Numbered from the stretch's first letter, positions 44,167-54,285 are shown. The stretch is 64,000 nt of DNA from Candidatus Nomurabacteria bacterium (GCA_943348755.1 CALQYS010000001.1:1467-65466); one strand, 5' to 3'. Made by a program: numbers and translations. Notes: a model not told the origin generated them from the letters alone.

Positions 44167-45582
44167 CTAGAATTCATCCAAGCTTCCTTTGACTTTCGAT
44201 GGAGCAAACTCGCTTATGTTACTTTTTTCCAGAGTCTGGAAAGTAGTGGTTTTTTCATCAAAGTAAAGTTCTATTTTCCCCGTTGGGCCATTTCGATGCT
44301 TCTCAATTAAAATTTCCACAATATTTGTTTTTTCTGACTCATCTTTTCCTTTATCTTCTCGATGGAGAAACATAACTACGTCAGCATCTTGCTCTATGGA
44401 ACCGGAATCACGCAAGTCAGAAAGTCTGGGCTTGCCACCGCGAGATTCAACTGCGCGAGAAAGTTGGGAAAGTGCAAGGACCGGCACATCGAGCTCCTTG
44501 GCGAGGCTTTTGAGTGATCGGCTTATTTCAGTGACTTGGTTCACCATGCTATCGTAGTTTTTCGATGTTGACATAAGCTGTAAATAGTCCACCACGATCA
44601 GATCTAGACCTTTTTCTGCTTTTAGTCGACGAGTCAAAGCCTTCATTCTGACTATAGAGTTTCCTGGCTGGTCATCGATATATATTTTGGCTTTCGCGAG
44701 CTTATCGAGAGAATCTCTGAGTCGGGAGAATTCTTTATCGGAAGACAATCGTCCGGTTCGCAGATTCCAAGCGTTCACCCTACTTTCTGCGGAGAGCATT
44801 CTGTCCACTAATTGCTGTGAAGACATTTCGAGAGAAAATATAACCACTGATTTATTATGAGTGGTCGAAGCCATACGAGAGATATCGAGAGCTAGAGTGG
44901 TCTTACCCATACTTGGTCGAGCAGCCAAGATTACCAAGTCTGATTTCTGTAATCCAGAGAGCATGTTATCCAAATCTTTGAATCCAGTCGGCAATCCACG
45001 AAGCATGCCCTTGTTCTCGTGCAATTTTTCGAGTCGCTCGTAGGCTTCTGGCAGAGCGTCTTTTAAGTTTACATATTTTTGATTTTTAGGAGAAGAAACA
45101 ACGCTAAAAATTTTCTTTTCTGCCATATCCAGAATATCATCCATATGGTCGTCACTCTCTTCGAAGGCTAGTTCAGACACATAATCAGAAGCTTCGATCA
45201 AACTTCGGAGAATATATTTTTTCTGCACGATATCAGCGTAGTGCTTGATGTTCGTCGAAGACGGGACCACATTCACTATTTCCGCCAGATATGCATTGCC
45301 ACCGACGGCATCGAGCAACTTTTGTTCACCAAGCTTAGTGGAGAGGGAGAGCATGTCTATCGGTTCATTCTTGGTCGAAAGGTCGAGCATCGCCTGAAAA
45401 ATCATTCTGTGTTTTTCCACATAAAAAGATTCTGGGGTCACCATATCTTCTACTTCATGCATCGCATCTTTACGGAGCATGATCGAGCCCAAAACTGCTT
45501 GTTCTGATTCAATACTCTGGGGCGGTATGCGAGCATTCTTTTTTATGATGTTTTTTACGGCTGTAGGTCCCTTTTTTACCAT
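44167..45582 (-). CDS. dnaB: Replicative DNA helicase DnaB
   Basis: N-terminal domain, Walker A ARPSMGKTTLAL, Walker B, arginine finger; 471 aa. Confidence 0.93.
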   Translation of the reverse strand: MVKKGPTAVKNIIKKNARIPPQSIESEQAVLGSIMLRKDAMHEVEDMVTPESFYVEKHRMIFQAMLDLSTKNEPIDMLSLSTKLGEQKLLDAVGGNAYLAEIVNVVPSSTNIKHYADIVQKKYILRSLIEASDYVSELAFEESDDHMDDILDMAEKKIFSVVSSPKNQKYVNLKDALPEAYERLEKLHENKGMLRGLPTGFKDLDNMLSGLQKSDLVILAARPSMGKTTLALDISRMASTTHNKSVVIFSLEMSSQQLVDRMLSAESRVNAWNLRTGRLSSDKEFSRLRDSLDKLAKAKIYIDDQPGNSIVRMKALTRRLKAEKGLDLIVVDYLQLMSTSKNYDSMVNQVTEISRSLKSLAKELDVPVLALSQLSRAVESRGGKPRLSDLRDSGSIEQDADVVMFLHREDKGKDESEKTNIVEILIEKHRNGPTGKIELYFDEKTTTFQTLEKSNISEFAPSKVKGSLDEF

Positions 45583-45687
45583 AAGGTCATTCTAGCATAG
45601 TCAAAAAATTGTCAAAATAAAAAGGTGCGTAAAAGTGTTACTAAAATGTGGAGAATTATATGCAAAATCGCAAATTTTACATCTATG

Positions 45688-45696
45688 TGTTAAAAT
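45688..45696 (+). promoter_or_regulatory. Extended -10 promoter TGtTAAAAT 6 nt before the trpS ATG (leaderless)
   Basis: TG at 45688-45689, hexamer at 45691-45696, ATG at 45703. Confidence 0.4.
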
Positions 45697-45702
45697 TCCG
45701 AG

Positions 45703-46659
45703 ATGAGTAAAAAGGTATTATTGTCGGGCATTAAACCTACTGGTCGTCCGCATATAGGTAACTATTTCGGTGCGATGAAGCAGTTTGTGGATCTATCAAA
45801 TGATTATGATAGCTATATTTTCATTGCTGATTATCACGCGCTCAATTTTATACAAAATAAAACAGAAATGAAGGAAAATATAATAAACGTATTACTAGAT
45901 TACCTTGCTATCGGTCTTGATCCTAAAAAGGTTACTTTATATAAACAAAGCGATATTTCTGAACATACCGAACTTGCTTGGATTTTTGACACCATTACCA
46001 CCATGCCGTATCTAATGCGTGCCCATGCTTACAAAGACGCAGAAGCCAAAAACAAAGAAATAGTTGTGGGTACTTTTAATTATCCCATGCTTATGGCTAC
46101 AGACATCTTGCTCTATAGTCCGGATGTTGTGCCGGTGGGTGCTGATCAGAAACAACACGTAGAAATATCTCGCGACACCGCAGAAAAATTTAATCGTATC
46201 TTTGGCGACACTTTTAAATTGCCAGAATTAATGATCATAAAAGAGGTGGCGGTTGTTCCAGGCACCGATGGAAGAAAGATGTCTAAAAGTTATAACAATA
46301 CTGTTCCGCTTTTTGCTGAATACGAAGAAATAAAAAAGGCGGTGATGAGCATTGTCACGGATTCTGAAGAGGGGATCCCCAAAAATGTCTATGCCATACA
46401 CAACCTGCTTCGCCCCGCCTCCGAGCTTTTGCCTATATATAAAAGCAAAACAGGTAAGTACAAAGAACTAAAAGAACTACTGATAGAGGATTTAGAGAAA
46501 TTCATAGCTCCAATGCGTGAGCGAAGAAAAGAATTTGCAAAGGACATTCCAAAGGCCCTTGCTATCCTTAAAGCAGGTGGAGAGAAAGCTAAAAAGGTTG
46601 CTTCAAAGAAAATGGACGAAGTACGAGAGAAGATCGGGGTGAATGTTTATGAAAAATAA
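45703..46659 (+). CDS. trpS: Tryptophanyl-tRNA synthetase
   Basis: SGIKPTGRPHIGNY (HIGH-like), KMSKS, GADQ motif. Confidence 0.93.
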   Translation: MSKKVLLSGIKPTGRPHIGNYFGAMKQFVDLSNDYDSYIFIADYHALNFIQNKTEMKENIINVLLDYLAIGLDPKKVTLYKQSDISEHTELAWIFDTITTMPYLMRAHAYKDAEAKNKEIVVGTFNYPMLMATDILLYSPDVVPVGADQKQHVEISRDTAEKFNRIFGDTFKLPELMIIKEVAVVPGTDGRKMSKSYNNTVPLFAEYEEIKKAVMSIVTDSEEGIPKNVYAIHNLLRPASELLPIYKSKTGKYKELKELLIEDLEKFIAPMRERRKEFAKDIPKALAILKAGGEKAKKVASKKMDEVREKIGVNVYEK

Positions 46660-46936
46660 TTCCGAACAATATAAAAAAGAATTAATTGAAGTAATTTTTA
46701 AAATTGCCAAAGATAAAACACTCCTGGCCGATTTTGTTAAGGATATATTAACACCTCGAGAGTTCGATAATATTGGTGTCAGATGGCAAATAGTAAGGCG
46801 TCTGGCGAAAGGGGAGCGTCATGTAGATATTGCAGAACACTTACATCTCGGTGTGGCTACGGTTACTCGTGGTTCTAGAGAAATGCGTAAGAAAGAAGGA
46901 GGTTTCAGGAGGGCTTTAAAAGTTATCCACAACTAG
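46643..46936 (+). CDS. TrpR-related YerC/YecD-family DNA-binding protein
   Basis: LTPREFDNIGVRWQIVRRLAKGERHVDIAEHLHLGVATVTRGSREMRK matches the TrpR-like HTH family; overlaps the trpS end by 17 nt. Confidence 0.7.
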   Translation: MFMKNNSEQYKKELIEVIFKIAKDKTLLADFVKDILTPREFDNIGVRWQIVRRLAKGERHVDIAEHLHLGVATVTRGSREMRKKEGGFRRALKVIHN

Positions 46937-46972
46937 GCCTTATCACCCTTGATTTTATTCCTTATATATACT

Positions 46973-46988
46973 ATCATACTAGTATGAT
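46973..46988. promoter_or_regulatory. Perfect 16-bp palindrome ATCATACTAGTATGAT (ACTAGT core), candidate TrpR-like operator upstream of trpE/pabB
   Basis: Exact inverted repeat centred on CTAG, 37 nt downstream of the TrpR-like gene and ~200 nt upstream of the trpE ATG; overlaps candidate -10 hexamers. Confidence 0.5.
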
Positions 46989-47186
46989 GATATTCAATAA
47001 ATTTCGGATAATAAATATAAATAAATCAATGAAATTTTGGCGAGGCGCAGAGGCATCTGCTTTTGCGCTGTTTTGTTGATTTCTTTATCTATCTAAACAA
47101 GGAATCCATTAAGTGGCGCATGAGCGCCACCCTGTTCTTCCATTTAAGTAGTTCTTCACAACAAAAAACACAACCTAGTAGAAATT

Positions 47187-48725
47187 ATGATGACAAATTC
47201 GATTCAGATTCGTCCGAGCCTGGAGGAATTTCAGGTATTGTCTCAAAAAGGCAATTTGGTTCCGGTCTATTGCGTAATCAGTTCTGACAACAATACACCC
47301 GTGGGGGTGTTCCAGAAGTTGCGCACAGACTACTCCTTTCTCCTCGAGTCCGCTGAACGGACTGGGCAGATGGGCAGATACTCATTCGTGGGTAGAAATC
47401 CAGGCGTGATCTTCCGTAGTAACGGAAACGAGATTTCGCTTACAGAAGATGGGCAAACCCGATCTTTTCAGACTGAGGGTTACCCTCTTCGTGAGCTGGA
47501 AAGGCTTATGAATGGATATCACCATGTTCCTATAGCCGGTCTGCCTCCTTTTGTAGGAGGAGCAGTTGGCTACTTAGGGTATGACGCTGTTCGTCATTTT
47601 GAGCCAACCAAGCTCAAACCCGCGAGAAACGACCCTCTGAAAGTTCCGGAGAGTATCTACATGATTGCAAAACAGATCGTTTGTTTTGATCATCTGGAAC
47701 GTCGCTTGTATCTCATCTCCAACGCTTCCATCGTAGGTGGAGACATCGAAGGAGCATACAGGAAAGCTCGCCGAGAGGTTTTAGCGCTTGTGGCAGACCT
47801 ACGAAAGTCTGCTAATCTGCCTCACATATCACTTGAAGCCAAAGCCCCAGAAATCCAGTGGAAAAGTAACACTAGGGAGAGGGATTTTAAGGCGATGGTG
47901 AATCATGCGCAGAAACTCATCCTCTCTGGAGACATCATTCAAGTCGTCTTGTCTCAAAGGTTTGAGACAGAATACACTGGAGATCCTCTTCATCTCTACC
48001 GCACGCTTTGGATGATCAATCCTTCGCCCTACATGTTTTACATTACTTTCGGGTCGGAGCTCTCCCTTGTGGGTAGTTCTCCCGAGGTGCATGTGAAGTG
48101 CATGAACGGCAAGGTGCAGATCCGTCCCATTGCTGGCACGAGGAGACGGGGTGATACTCCAGAGAGAGACGTGGAGCTTGCAAAAGAGCTTCTAGAAGAT
48201 CCAAAGGAGATGGCAGAACATGTCATGCTCCTCGATCTGGCACGCAACGACATTGGCAGGATTGCCGAATTTGGGTCTGTGCAGGTCACAGAAAAGTTTC
48301 AAATTGAGCGTTTCAGCCATGTGATGCACATCGTGTCTAACGTGATTGGGCAGAAGTTGGGCCATTTAACTTCATATGATGTGATGCGGGCCACTTTTCC
48401 CGCCGGCACTGTCTCGGGTGCGCCCAAGATTCGTGCCATGCAGATCATAAGTGACCTTGAGAAATATCGGAGGGGTCCTTATTCAGGAGCCGTTGGATAC
48501 TTCGGCTTCGATGGCAATCATGATTCTTGCATTGCACTTCGCACTGTCGTTATCAAAGACAGCAAGGCATATGTGCAGGCAGGAGCTGGGATCGTCGCTG
48601 ACTCAACGCCCGATGGTGAGTTCGAGGAAACTCGAAACAAAGCCAAGGGAATGCTACTCGCTATCGCTCGAGCGAATGCAATGAAAGTCAAGAAAAAGGA
48701 AAAAGAACATCCACCGATGTGGTAG
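47187..48725 (+). CDS. trpE: Anthranilate synthase component I family (TrpE; PabB not excluded)
   Basis: Chorismate-binding domain motifs (LLESAERTGQMGRYSF, GAVGYLGYD, PAGTVSGAPKIRAMQII, GAGIVADS). Confidence 0.85.
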   Translation: MMTNSIQIRPSLEEFQVLSQKGNLVPVYCVISSDNNTPVGVFQKLRTDYSFLLESAERTGQMGRYSFVGRNPGVIFRSNGNEISLTEDGQTRSFQTEGYPLRELERLMNGYHHVPIAGLPPFVGGAVGYLGYDAVRHFEPTKLKPARNDPLKVPESIYMIAKQIVCFDHLERRLYLISNASIVGGDIEGAYRKARREVLALVADLRKSANLPHISLEAKAPEIQWKSNTRERDFKAMVNHAQKLILSGDIIQVVLSQRFETEYTGDPLHLYRTLWMINPSPYMFYITFGSELSLVGSSPEVHVKCMNGKVQIRPIAGTRRRGDTPERDVELAKELLEDPKEMAEHVMLLDLARNDIGRIAEFGSVQVTEKFQIERFSHVMHIVSNVIGQKLGHLTSYDVMRATFPAGTVSGAPKIRAMQIISDLEKYRRGPYSGAVGYFGFDGNHDSCIALRTVVIKDSKAYVQAGAGIVADSTPDGEFEETRNKAKGMLLAIARANAMKVKKKEKEHPPMW

Positions 48726-48784
48726 ATGCTTCATTGAGCAAGGAGAGGGACGTGCCTAATCATAAAAACGTCCATTAACAACCA

Positions 48785-48830
48785 GCAACACTCTAGAAAG
48801 GAGAAAGAGTTGCTGGTTTTTATTTTCAGA
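48785..48830 (+). terminator. Rho-independent terminator after trpE (CCAGCAAC...GTTGCTGG plus TTTTTATTTT)
   Basis: 8-bp stem with a long loop followed by a T-run. Confidence 0.6.
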
Positions 48831-49034
48831 TGAGCATAATAAAGACTTGATATTTCTTTTATAACGTAATATAATAAGATGGTATATGAATACGACCAAT
48901 AAATTTATAAATTTCTTCTATTTTTATCCTCTCTATTAGAGAGCTCATATTTGCTATTGTTTAACCGATAAAACTTGACGATACCAAAAACGAGCCCTCG
49001 AAGAGGGTTCGTTTTAGTTTATGTGCAAAAGTAT

Positions 49035-50831
49035 ATGAAAATAATTAAAATTATACCAATTAAAAGGCCGATCTCCGGGGAAATAAAAGTCCCAGGTTCA
49101 AAGAGTTACACACTCCGAGCTTTACTTCTCTCCGCGTTTTCTATCACTCCAGTGACTGTTTTGAATCCTTTGCAATGTGATGACACAGATGCGATGATCG
49201 ATTGTTTAAAAAATTTAGGAATTGAAGTTGAGTTAGGTAAGGACTTTATTAAAGTAAGGGGTTCTGTTAAAGATATAAAAAATAAAAAATATAAATTAAA
49301 CGCGCATCTATCGGGTGTGACTATTCGTCTGATTCTGGCGCTGCTTGTTATTGTTCCAGGAACTAAGATTCTTGAAGGGGAAAGTGGCCTCAACAAACGA
49401 CCCATCGGTCCTTTAGTGGATGCCTTGCGTCAATTAGGTGCAACAATAAAGTACTTGGATAAAAAAGGATATCCACCTCTTTTAATCCAACCCTCCAAAC
49501 TTAGATCTAAAAACATTTTTGTAAACGGGGAAATAAGTAGCCAATACATCTCAGCCCTGCTCATGATCCTGCCATTTATAAAAGTTTCCATAGAGGTAAA
49601 TGGCGAACAAGTCACCAAGCCTTACATAGACATGACTATTGATACGATAAAAGCTTTTGGAGTAGAAATAAAAAATAATGGATATAAAAGTTATGAATTA
49701 ACATCAAGAAATTCATATGATGCAAAAGAATATTCAGTGGAGGGCGATTTTTCAAGCGCTGGCTACCTTTTTGCTATCGCTGCTCTTACCAATTCTAAAA
49801 TCACCGTAAACAACCTTAACCCAGAGTCCGTGCAAGCTGATAAAAAGATTCTCTCTGTATTGGAGGGTATGGGTAATAAAATTACTTTTCACAAAAATGC
49901 AGTCACTTTAGAGGGGAAGGGGGTTCTTCCTGTATCCGTAGATATGGTGGATTTTCCAGACCAGGCGCAAACGCTCGCAGTGTTGGCCGCTTTTGCTAAG
50001 GGTCAGAGCGTTTTATCTGGATTGCAATCCTTGCGTATCAAGGAAACTGACAGACTTCAAGCTACGATAAATGAATTAAAAAAGATGGGGATAAGAACTA
50101 GGTTGAAAAATGACAGCTTGACTATTTATGGAGGGAAGCCCAAGGTAGCAAAAATAAAAACATATGGTGACCACCGCATGGCGATGGCTTTTGCCGTTGC
50201 TGGAACAAAATTAAAGGGAATGGAAATAGAAAATCCCGAAGTAGTTTCCAAAACTTTTCCTTCCTTCTGGGAGTCACTTGCATCTTTGGGTGTCGGAGTA
50301 AATGTCGCTAGTTCTAAAAATATTATTTTGATTGGCATGAGAGGTAGCGGTAAAACAACTATTTTAAAACTTCTAGCCCGAAAACTCAAAATTAAATTTA
50401 TCGATGTTGATGATCTTATTGTTGCGCATGCCGGTACGAGTATCGAAAAAATTGTTCAACAAAGCGGATGGAAATATTTTAGAGATATTGAATCAGAAGT
50501 TATTAAAAAAATACCTTCTTTATCTGACACTGTCGTAGCGACTGGTGGAGGTTCGGTCATTAGACCAAAAAATGTTAATTTTTTGAAGAAAAATGGTATA
50601 TTTGTCTTTTTGGATGCATCTAGTGATGTTTTACAGAAAAGAAACATTAAATCTTCCAAGAAGCCAAGGTTAACAGAAAAAAAGACCGTAAATGAGGAAA
50701 TAGCGATACTTTTAAAAGAAAGGATTCCTCTATATAAAAAATTAGCTGATATTACAGTTTCTGTAGACCAAAAAACGCCGATAAAAATTGTAAATGAAAT
50801 AATTACCCAACTTAGACTAAAAAATATATGA
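49035..50831 (+). CDS. aroA: Bifunctional 3-phosphoshikimate 1-carboxyvinyltransferase / shikimate kinase (AroA-AroK fusion)
   Basis: N-terminal EPSP synthase (VPGSKSYTLRALL, LFLGNAGTAMRPL-like regions); C-terminal ~170 aa shikimate kinase (IILIGMRGSGKTT Walker A, ATGGGSV). Confidence 0.85.
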   Translation: MKIIKIIPIKRPISGEIKVPGSKSYTLRALLLSAFSITPVTVLNPLQCDDTDAMIDCLKNLGIEVELGKDFIKVRGSVKDIKNKKYKLNAHLSGVTIRLILALLVIVPGTKILEGESGLNKRPIGPLVDALRQLGATIKYLDKKGYPPLLIQPSKLRSKNIFVNGEISSQYISALLMILPFIKVSIEVNGEQVTKPYIDMTIDTIKAFGVEIKNNGYKSYELTSRNSYDAKEYSVEGDFSSAGYLFAIAALTNSKITVNNLNPESVQADKKILSVLEGMGNKITFHKNAVTLEGKGVLPVSVDMVDFPDQAQTLAVLAAFAKGQSVLSGLQSLRIKETDRLQATINELKKMGIRTRLKNDSLTIYGGKPKVAKIKTYGDHRMAMAFAVAGTKLKGMEIENPEVVSKTFPSFWESLASLGVGVNVASSKNIILIGMRGSGKTTILKLLARKLKIKFIDVDDLIVAHAGTSIEKIVQQSGWKYFRDIESEVIKKIPSLSDTVVATGGGSVIRPKNVNFLKKNGIFVFLDASSDVLQKRNIKSSKKPRLTEKKTVNEEIAILLKERIPLYKKLADITVSVDQKTPIKIVNEIITQLRLKNI

Positions 50832-52069
50832 AAACCATCCTCCTTATTCATGGCCCCAACTTAAATTTATTAGGCAAACGTGATCCTCTACATTACGGTA
50901 GTTTAACCCTGGGAAAATTGGAGAATATAGTAAAAAGGAAAGCAAAAATTAATAATTTCATAATTAAAAGTTTCCAATCAAACCACGAAGGCGCGTTGAT
51001 TGATTTTATACAAAAAAATTCTCCCAAAGCGGATGGGGTTATTATAAACGCAGGAGCCCTTACCCATTATTCTTATGCGCTCCATGACGCTCTTATGGAT
51101 GCAAAATTGCCTGCAATAGAAGTTCATCTTTCGAACATTAAAGATCGAGAGAACTGGAGAAATAAATCAGTGATTAAAAAAGTGTGCCTTTTAGCTATTT
51201 CTGGTAAAAAAGAAAAAGGTTATCTTGAAGCAGTTGAAGTTTTACGAAAATATTTAAATTCTAACAAACCACCAATGATAAATATGGTTATAGGTAATCC
51301 AATCAAGCAAAGTAAAAGTCCTTTACTGCATGGGGAAATTTATAAATTTCTTAAATTAGATGCTGTGACTTTGCCTGTTTCTAATTCAAATGTCCGAAAA
51401 TTAGTATCAAAAATTAAAAAGGAATCAATTGGCTTAGCCGCTGTAACAATGCCATTCAAAAAAACTGTGATTCCGTTTCTCGACAGTGTTGATGCTATAG
51501 CCAAAAAAATAAATTCTGTAAATACAATTATCAATAAAAATGGAAAATTATTCGGGTATAACACTGATGTTGATGGAGTACAATACGCCCTGCGTAATGT
51601 TAAATTAAAGAATAAAAAAGTTTTGCTCCTTGGAGCTGGTGGCGCAGGGCGTACGGTCGCGGCTGTAATCAGAGAACAAGGGGGCCGACTTATTTATCTC
51701 AATAGAAAAGAAGAAGAATCTATCCAAATGAAAAAAAACTTCGGCGGTCAATCAATGAAAGAACAGAAGTTATCAGCTCAAGATATCGATGTAGTTATCA
51801 ATGCCACACCAGTCGGCATGTTTCCCCTCACTACTAGCTTATCTGTGCCGAGCAAACTTATAAGTAGACATCAGACTGTTTTTGATTTAGTGTATAATCC
51901 AGAGGCTACCAGACTTTTAAAAGTATCAAAAAGTAGGGGTGCAAAGGTTATTTCCGGTATAGATATGTTTATTGTTCAGGGTATAAGGCAGATTGAATTA
52001 TGGACCAATAAGAAGATTATTGATCCAAAATTAGTCTACCAACTTAAAAAACTTATCATAAAAGGTTGA
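50828..52069 (+). CDS. aroQ: Bifunctional type II 3-dehydroquinate dehydratase / shikimate dehydrogenase (AroQ-AroE fusion)
   Basis: N-terminal ILLIHGPNLNLLGKRDP...SNHEGALID...INAGALTHYSYAL...EVHLSN (type II DHQase); C-terminal SDH (GNPIKQSKSP, LLGAGGAGR Rossmann motif). Confidence 0.8.
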   Translation: MKTILLIHGPNLNLLGKRDPLHYGSLTLGKLENIVKRKAKINNFIIKSFQSNHEGALIDFIQKNSPKADGVIINAGALTHYSYALHDALMDAKLPAIEVHLSNIKDRENWRNKSVIKKVCLLAISGKKEKGYLEAVEVLRKYLNSNKPPMINMVIGNPIKQSKSPLLHGEIYKFLKLDAVTLPVSNSNVRKLVSKIKKESIGLAAVTMPFKKTVIPFLDSVDAIAKKINSVNTIINKNGKLFGYNTDVDGVQYALRNVKLKNKKVLLLGAGGAGRTVAAVIREQGGRLIYLNRKEEESIQMKKNFGGQSMKEQKLSAQDIDVVINATPVGMFPLTTSLSVPSKLISRHQTVFDLVYNPEATRLLKVSKSRGAKVISGIDMFIVQGIRQIELWTNKKIIDPKLVYQLKKLIIKG

Positions 52070-52097
52070 TTTACAAAGCTTTGTTTTACTGAATTAT

Positions 52098-53153
52098 ATG
52101 AATATAAAAATTATAAAAAAATTGCCACCCGTCGAAGAAATCACCAAACGTTTACCCATAAGCGAAAAGGTGCGCAAATTAGTATTAAAAGATCGGGAAG
52201 AGATCAAGAATATTCTAAATGGAAAAGATTCACGTTTTTTGATAATTGTGGGACCATGTAGTGCCTGGCCCAAGGAAGCTGTTTTGGAATACGCCAAAAA
52301 ACTTAAAGTTCTAGAAACAAAGTTCAAGGATCACCTGAAAATAATCATGCGCTTATTTATTCAGAAACCCCGCACGACCAAAGGTTGGACTGGTCCAGTA
52401 AATCAACCTGACCCTTTATCTAAAGCAGATATCGAAAAAGGCATTTTTTATTCACGAGAGATGATGATCAAAGTTGTAGAGCTTGGACTACCGATTGCCG
52501 ACGAAGCTCTTTTTACTCACAATCAAAAATTTTTCTTAGAGCTATTGTCTTGGGTTGCCATTGGGGCTAGGAGTGCGGAAGATCAAGAACATCGTATTTT
52601 TGCTTCTGCACTTGATTGTGCAGTGGGATTAAAAAATCCAACCTATGGTTCGGTAGAGATTGGCACAAATAGTGTATCCGCAGCTCAGCATTCCCACGTG
52701 GCTGCCTTTGATGGTTATGAGGTAGAGACCCACGGTAATCCTTATGCTCACTTAGTTTTGCGTGGTGGAAAACATGGACCCAATTATTCACTTGAATATA
52801 TCAGGACAGCTGTTAAAGAAATGGAAAAACACGATATAAAAAATCCATCGATCATTCTAGATGTTAGTCACGATAATAGTATTGTGGATGGAGTAAAACA
52901 TCACACCAATCAGATGGTTGTTATGCACAAATCTATGAAAACCCTAAAGGAGCATCCAAAACTTTTAAAAGTTGTAAAAGGTTTTATGATAGAGAGTTTT
53001 ATAAAAGAGGGCAATCAAAAAGTTAATCCTAGTGAGCCGGAAAAGTTGGATAGAGGTGGATTATCCATCACTGATGCGTGTCTGGGTTGGGAACAAACAG
53101 AAAAAATATTAACCGAATTGACTGAATTTAAAAAGCTACATTTGAATGATTAA
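52098..53153 (+). CDS. aroG: 3-deoxy-7-phosphoheptulonate (DAHP) synthase, class I
   Basis: RFLIIVGPCSAWP; KPRT.KGW.G motif; 351 aa. Confidence 0.85.
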   Translation: MNIKIIKKLPPVEEITKRLPISEKVRKLVLKDREEIKNILNGKDSRFLIIVGPCSAWPKEAVLEYAKKLKVLETKFKDHLKIIMRLFIQKPRTTKGWTGPVNQPDPLSKADIEKGIFYSREMMIKVVELGLPIADEALFTHNQKFFLELLSWVAIGARSAEDQEHRIFASALDCAVGLKNPTYGSVEIGTNSVSAAQHSHVAAFDGYEVETHGNPYAHLVLRGGKHGPNYSLEYIRTAVKEMEKHDIKNPSIILDVSHDNSIVDGVKHHTNQMVVMHKSMKTLKEHPKLLKVVKGFMIESFIKEGNQKVNPSEPEKLDRGGLSITDACLGWEQTEKILTELTEFKKLHLND

Positions 53154-53156
53154 GGT

Positions 53157-54281
53157 ATGAAAGATATTGAAATAAAGTTAAATAAAATACACCAAAACTC
53201 TTATTTCATTTTTACTGCATACAAATCTTTCAAACGCATATCGGAATTCTTACGCAAAAATTTCCCCAACAGCTCTTATGTAATTATAACTGATCAAATA
53301 GTTGAAAAGTTATATGGTGAAAAACTTTTTCAAATAATAAAAAGGAGTGGTAAAAAAACATTACTATTTTCTGTTCCTTCAGGTGAACGTTCAAAAAGTC
53401 AAAAATATAAGACAATCCTTGAAGAAAAGATGTTAGAAAACCATATAGACAGGCATGCCGTCATCATCGCTCTCGGTGGTGGGGTGGTGGGGGATTTGGC
53501 GGGATTTGTGGCTGCCACCTACATGCGTGGTATCTCGTATATTCAAGTCCCTACTACACTTCTTGCCATGGTTGATAGTTCGATCGGTGGTAAAACCGCT
53601 ATCGATACTCCCCAGGGTAAAAACATGATTGGGGCCTTTTGGCACCCGAGAGCAGTTTTTGTTGATTTAAAATTTCTTGAAAGTCTCCCACAAAAACAAT
53701 TTATCAATGGCTTGATCGAAGCTGTAAAAATGTTTATGACGTCTGATAGGAAAAGTTTTCTATATGTAGAGAGAAATATAGATATGTTGTTAAAAAAAGA
53801 TAAAAGAATTATAAAAAATGTTATTCTGAATGCTCTAAAAACCAAGGCTCGTGTGGTTGAGAGAGATGAAAGGGAAGTGGGAGAGAGAATGATTTTGAAC
53901 TTTGGTCACACGATTGGACATGCCCTTGAGAACTTAAGTAAATATAAAATACTACATGGATATGCAGTGGCACTTGGGGTTATTGTCGAAGCAAGACTTG
54001 CTGTGAATAATGGGAAGTTACGAGAAGAGGACTTTTTAAGGATTCGAAGGCTTTTAGTAAATAAAATGGGTATTGAACTAAAATACCTCCGTTCATATAA
54101 ATGGAGAGAAATTTTAAACCATTCTAAAAATGATAAAAAAACCAAGAATGGAAAGCCCCATTATGTTATATTGAAAGAAATAGGAAAGGTGTATAGAGAA
54201 AAGGATAAATTTGCTCATCCCATTTCTGATATGGCAGTTAGGCAGTCTCTAAAAGAGATCACCTTAGAAAATAACACATAA
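53157..54281 (+). CDS. aroB: 3-dehydroquinate synthase
   Basis: [40 protein letters not shown]; metal-binding His residues. Confidence 0.9.
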   Translation: MKDIEIKLNKIHQNSYFIFTAYKSFKRISEFLRKNFPNSSYVIITDQIVEKLYGEKLFQIIKRSGKKTLLFSVPSGERSKSQKYKTILEEKMLENHIDRHAVIIALGGGVVGDLAGFVAATYMRGISYIQVPTTLLAMVDSSIGGKTAIDTPQGKNMIGAFWHPRAVFVDLKFLESLPQKQFINGLIEAVKMFMTSDRKSFLYVERNIDMLLKKDKRIIKNVILNALKTKARVVERDEREVGERMILNFGHTIGHALENLSKYKILHGYAVALGVIVEARLAVNNGKLREEDFLRIRRLLVNKMGIELKYLRSYKWREILNHSKNDKKTKNGKPHYVILKEIGKVYREKDKFAHPISDMAVRQSLKEITLENNT

Positions 54282-54285
54282 AAAT

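Noticed and set aside
47063-47287. The 74-aa ORF in the trpE leader as a Trp-rich attenuator leader peptide
   Set aside because: It contains a single Trp codon, overlaps the trpE start and has no tandem TGG codons. The hairpins are kept as a finding but the peptide is not.
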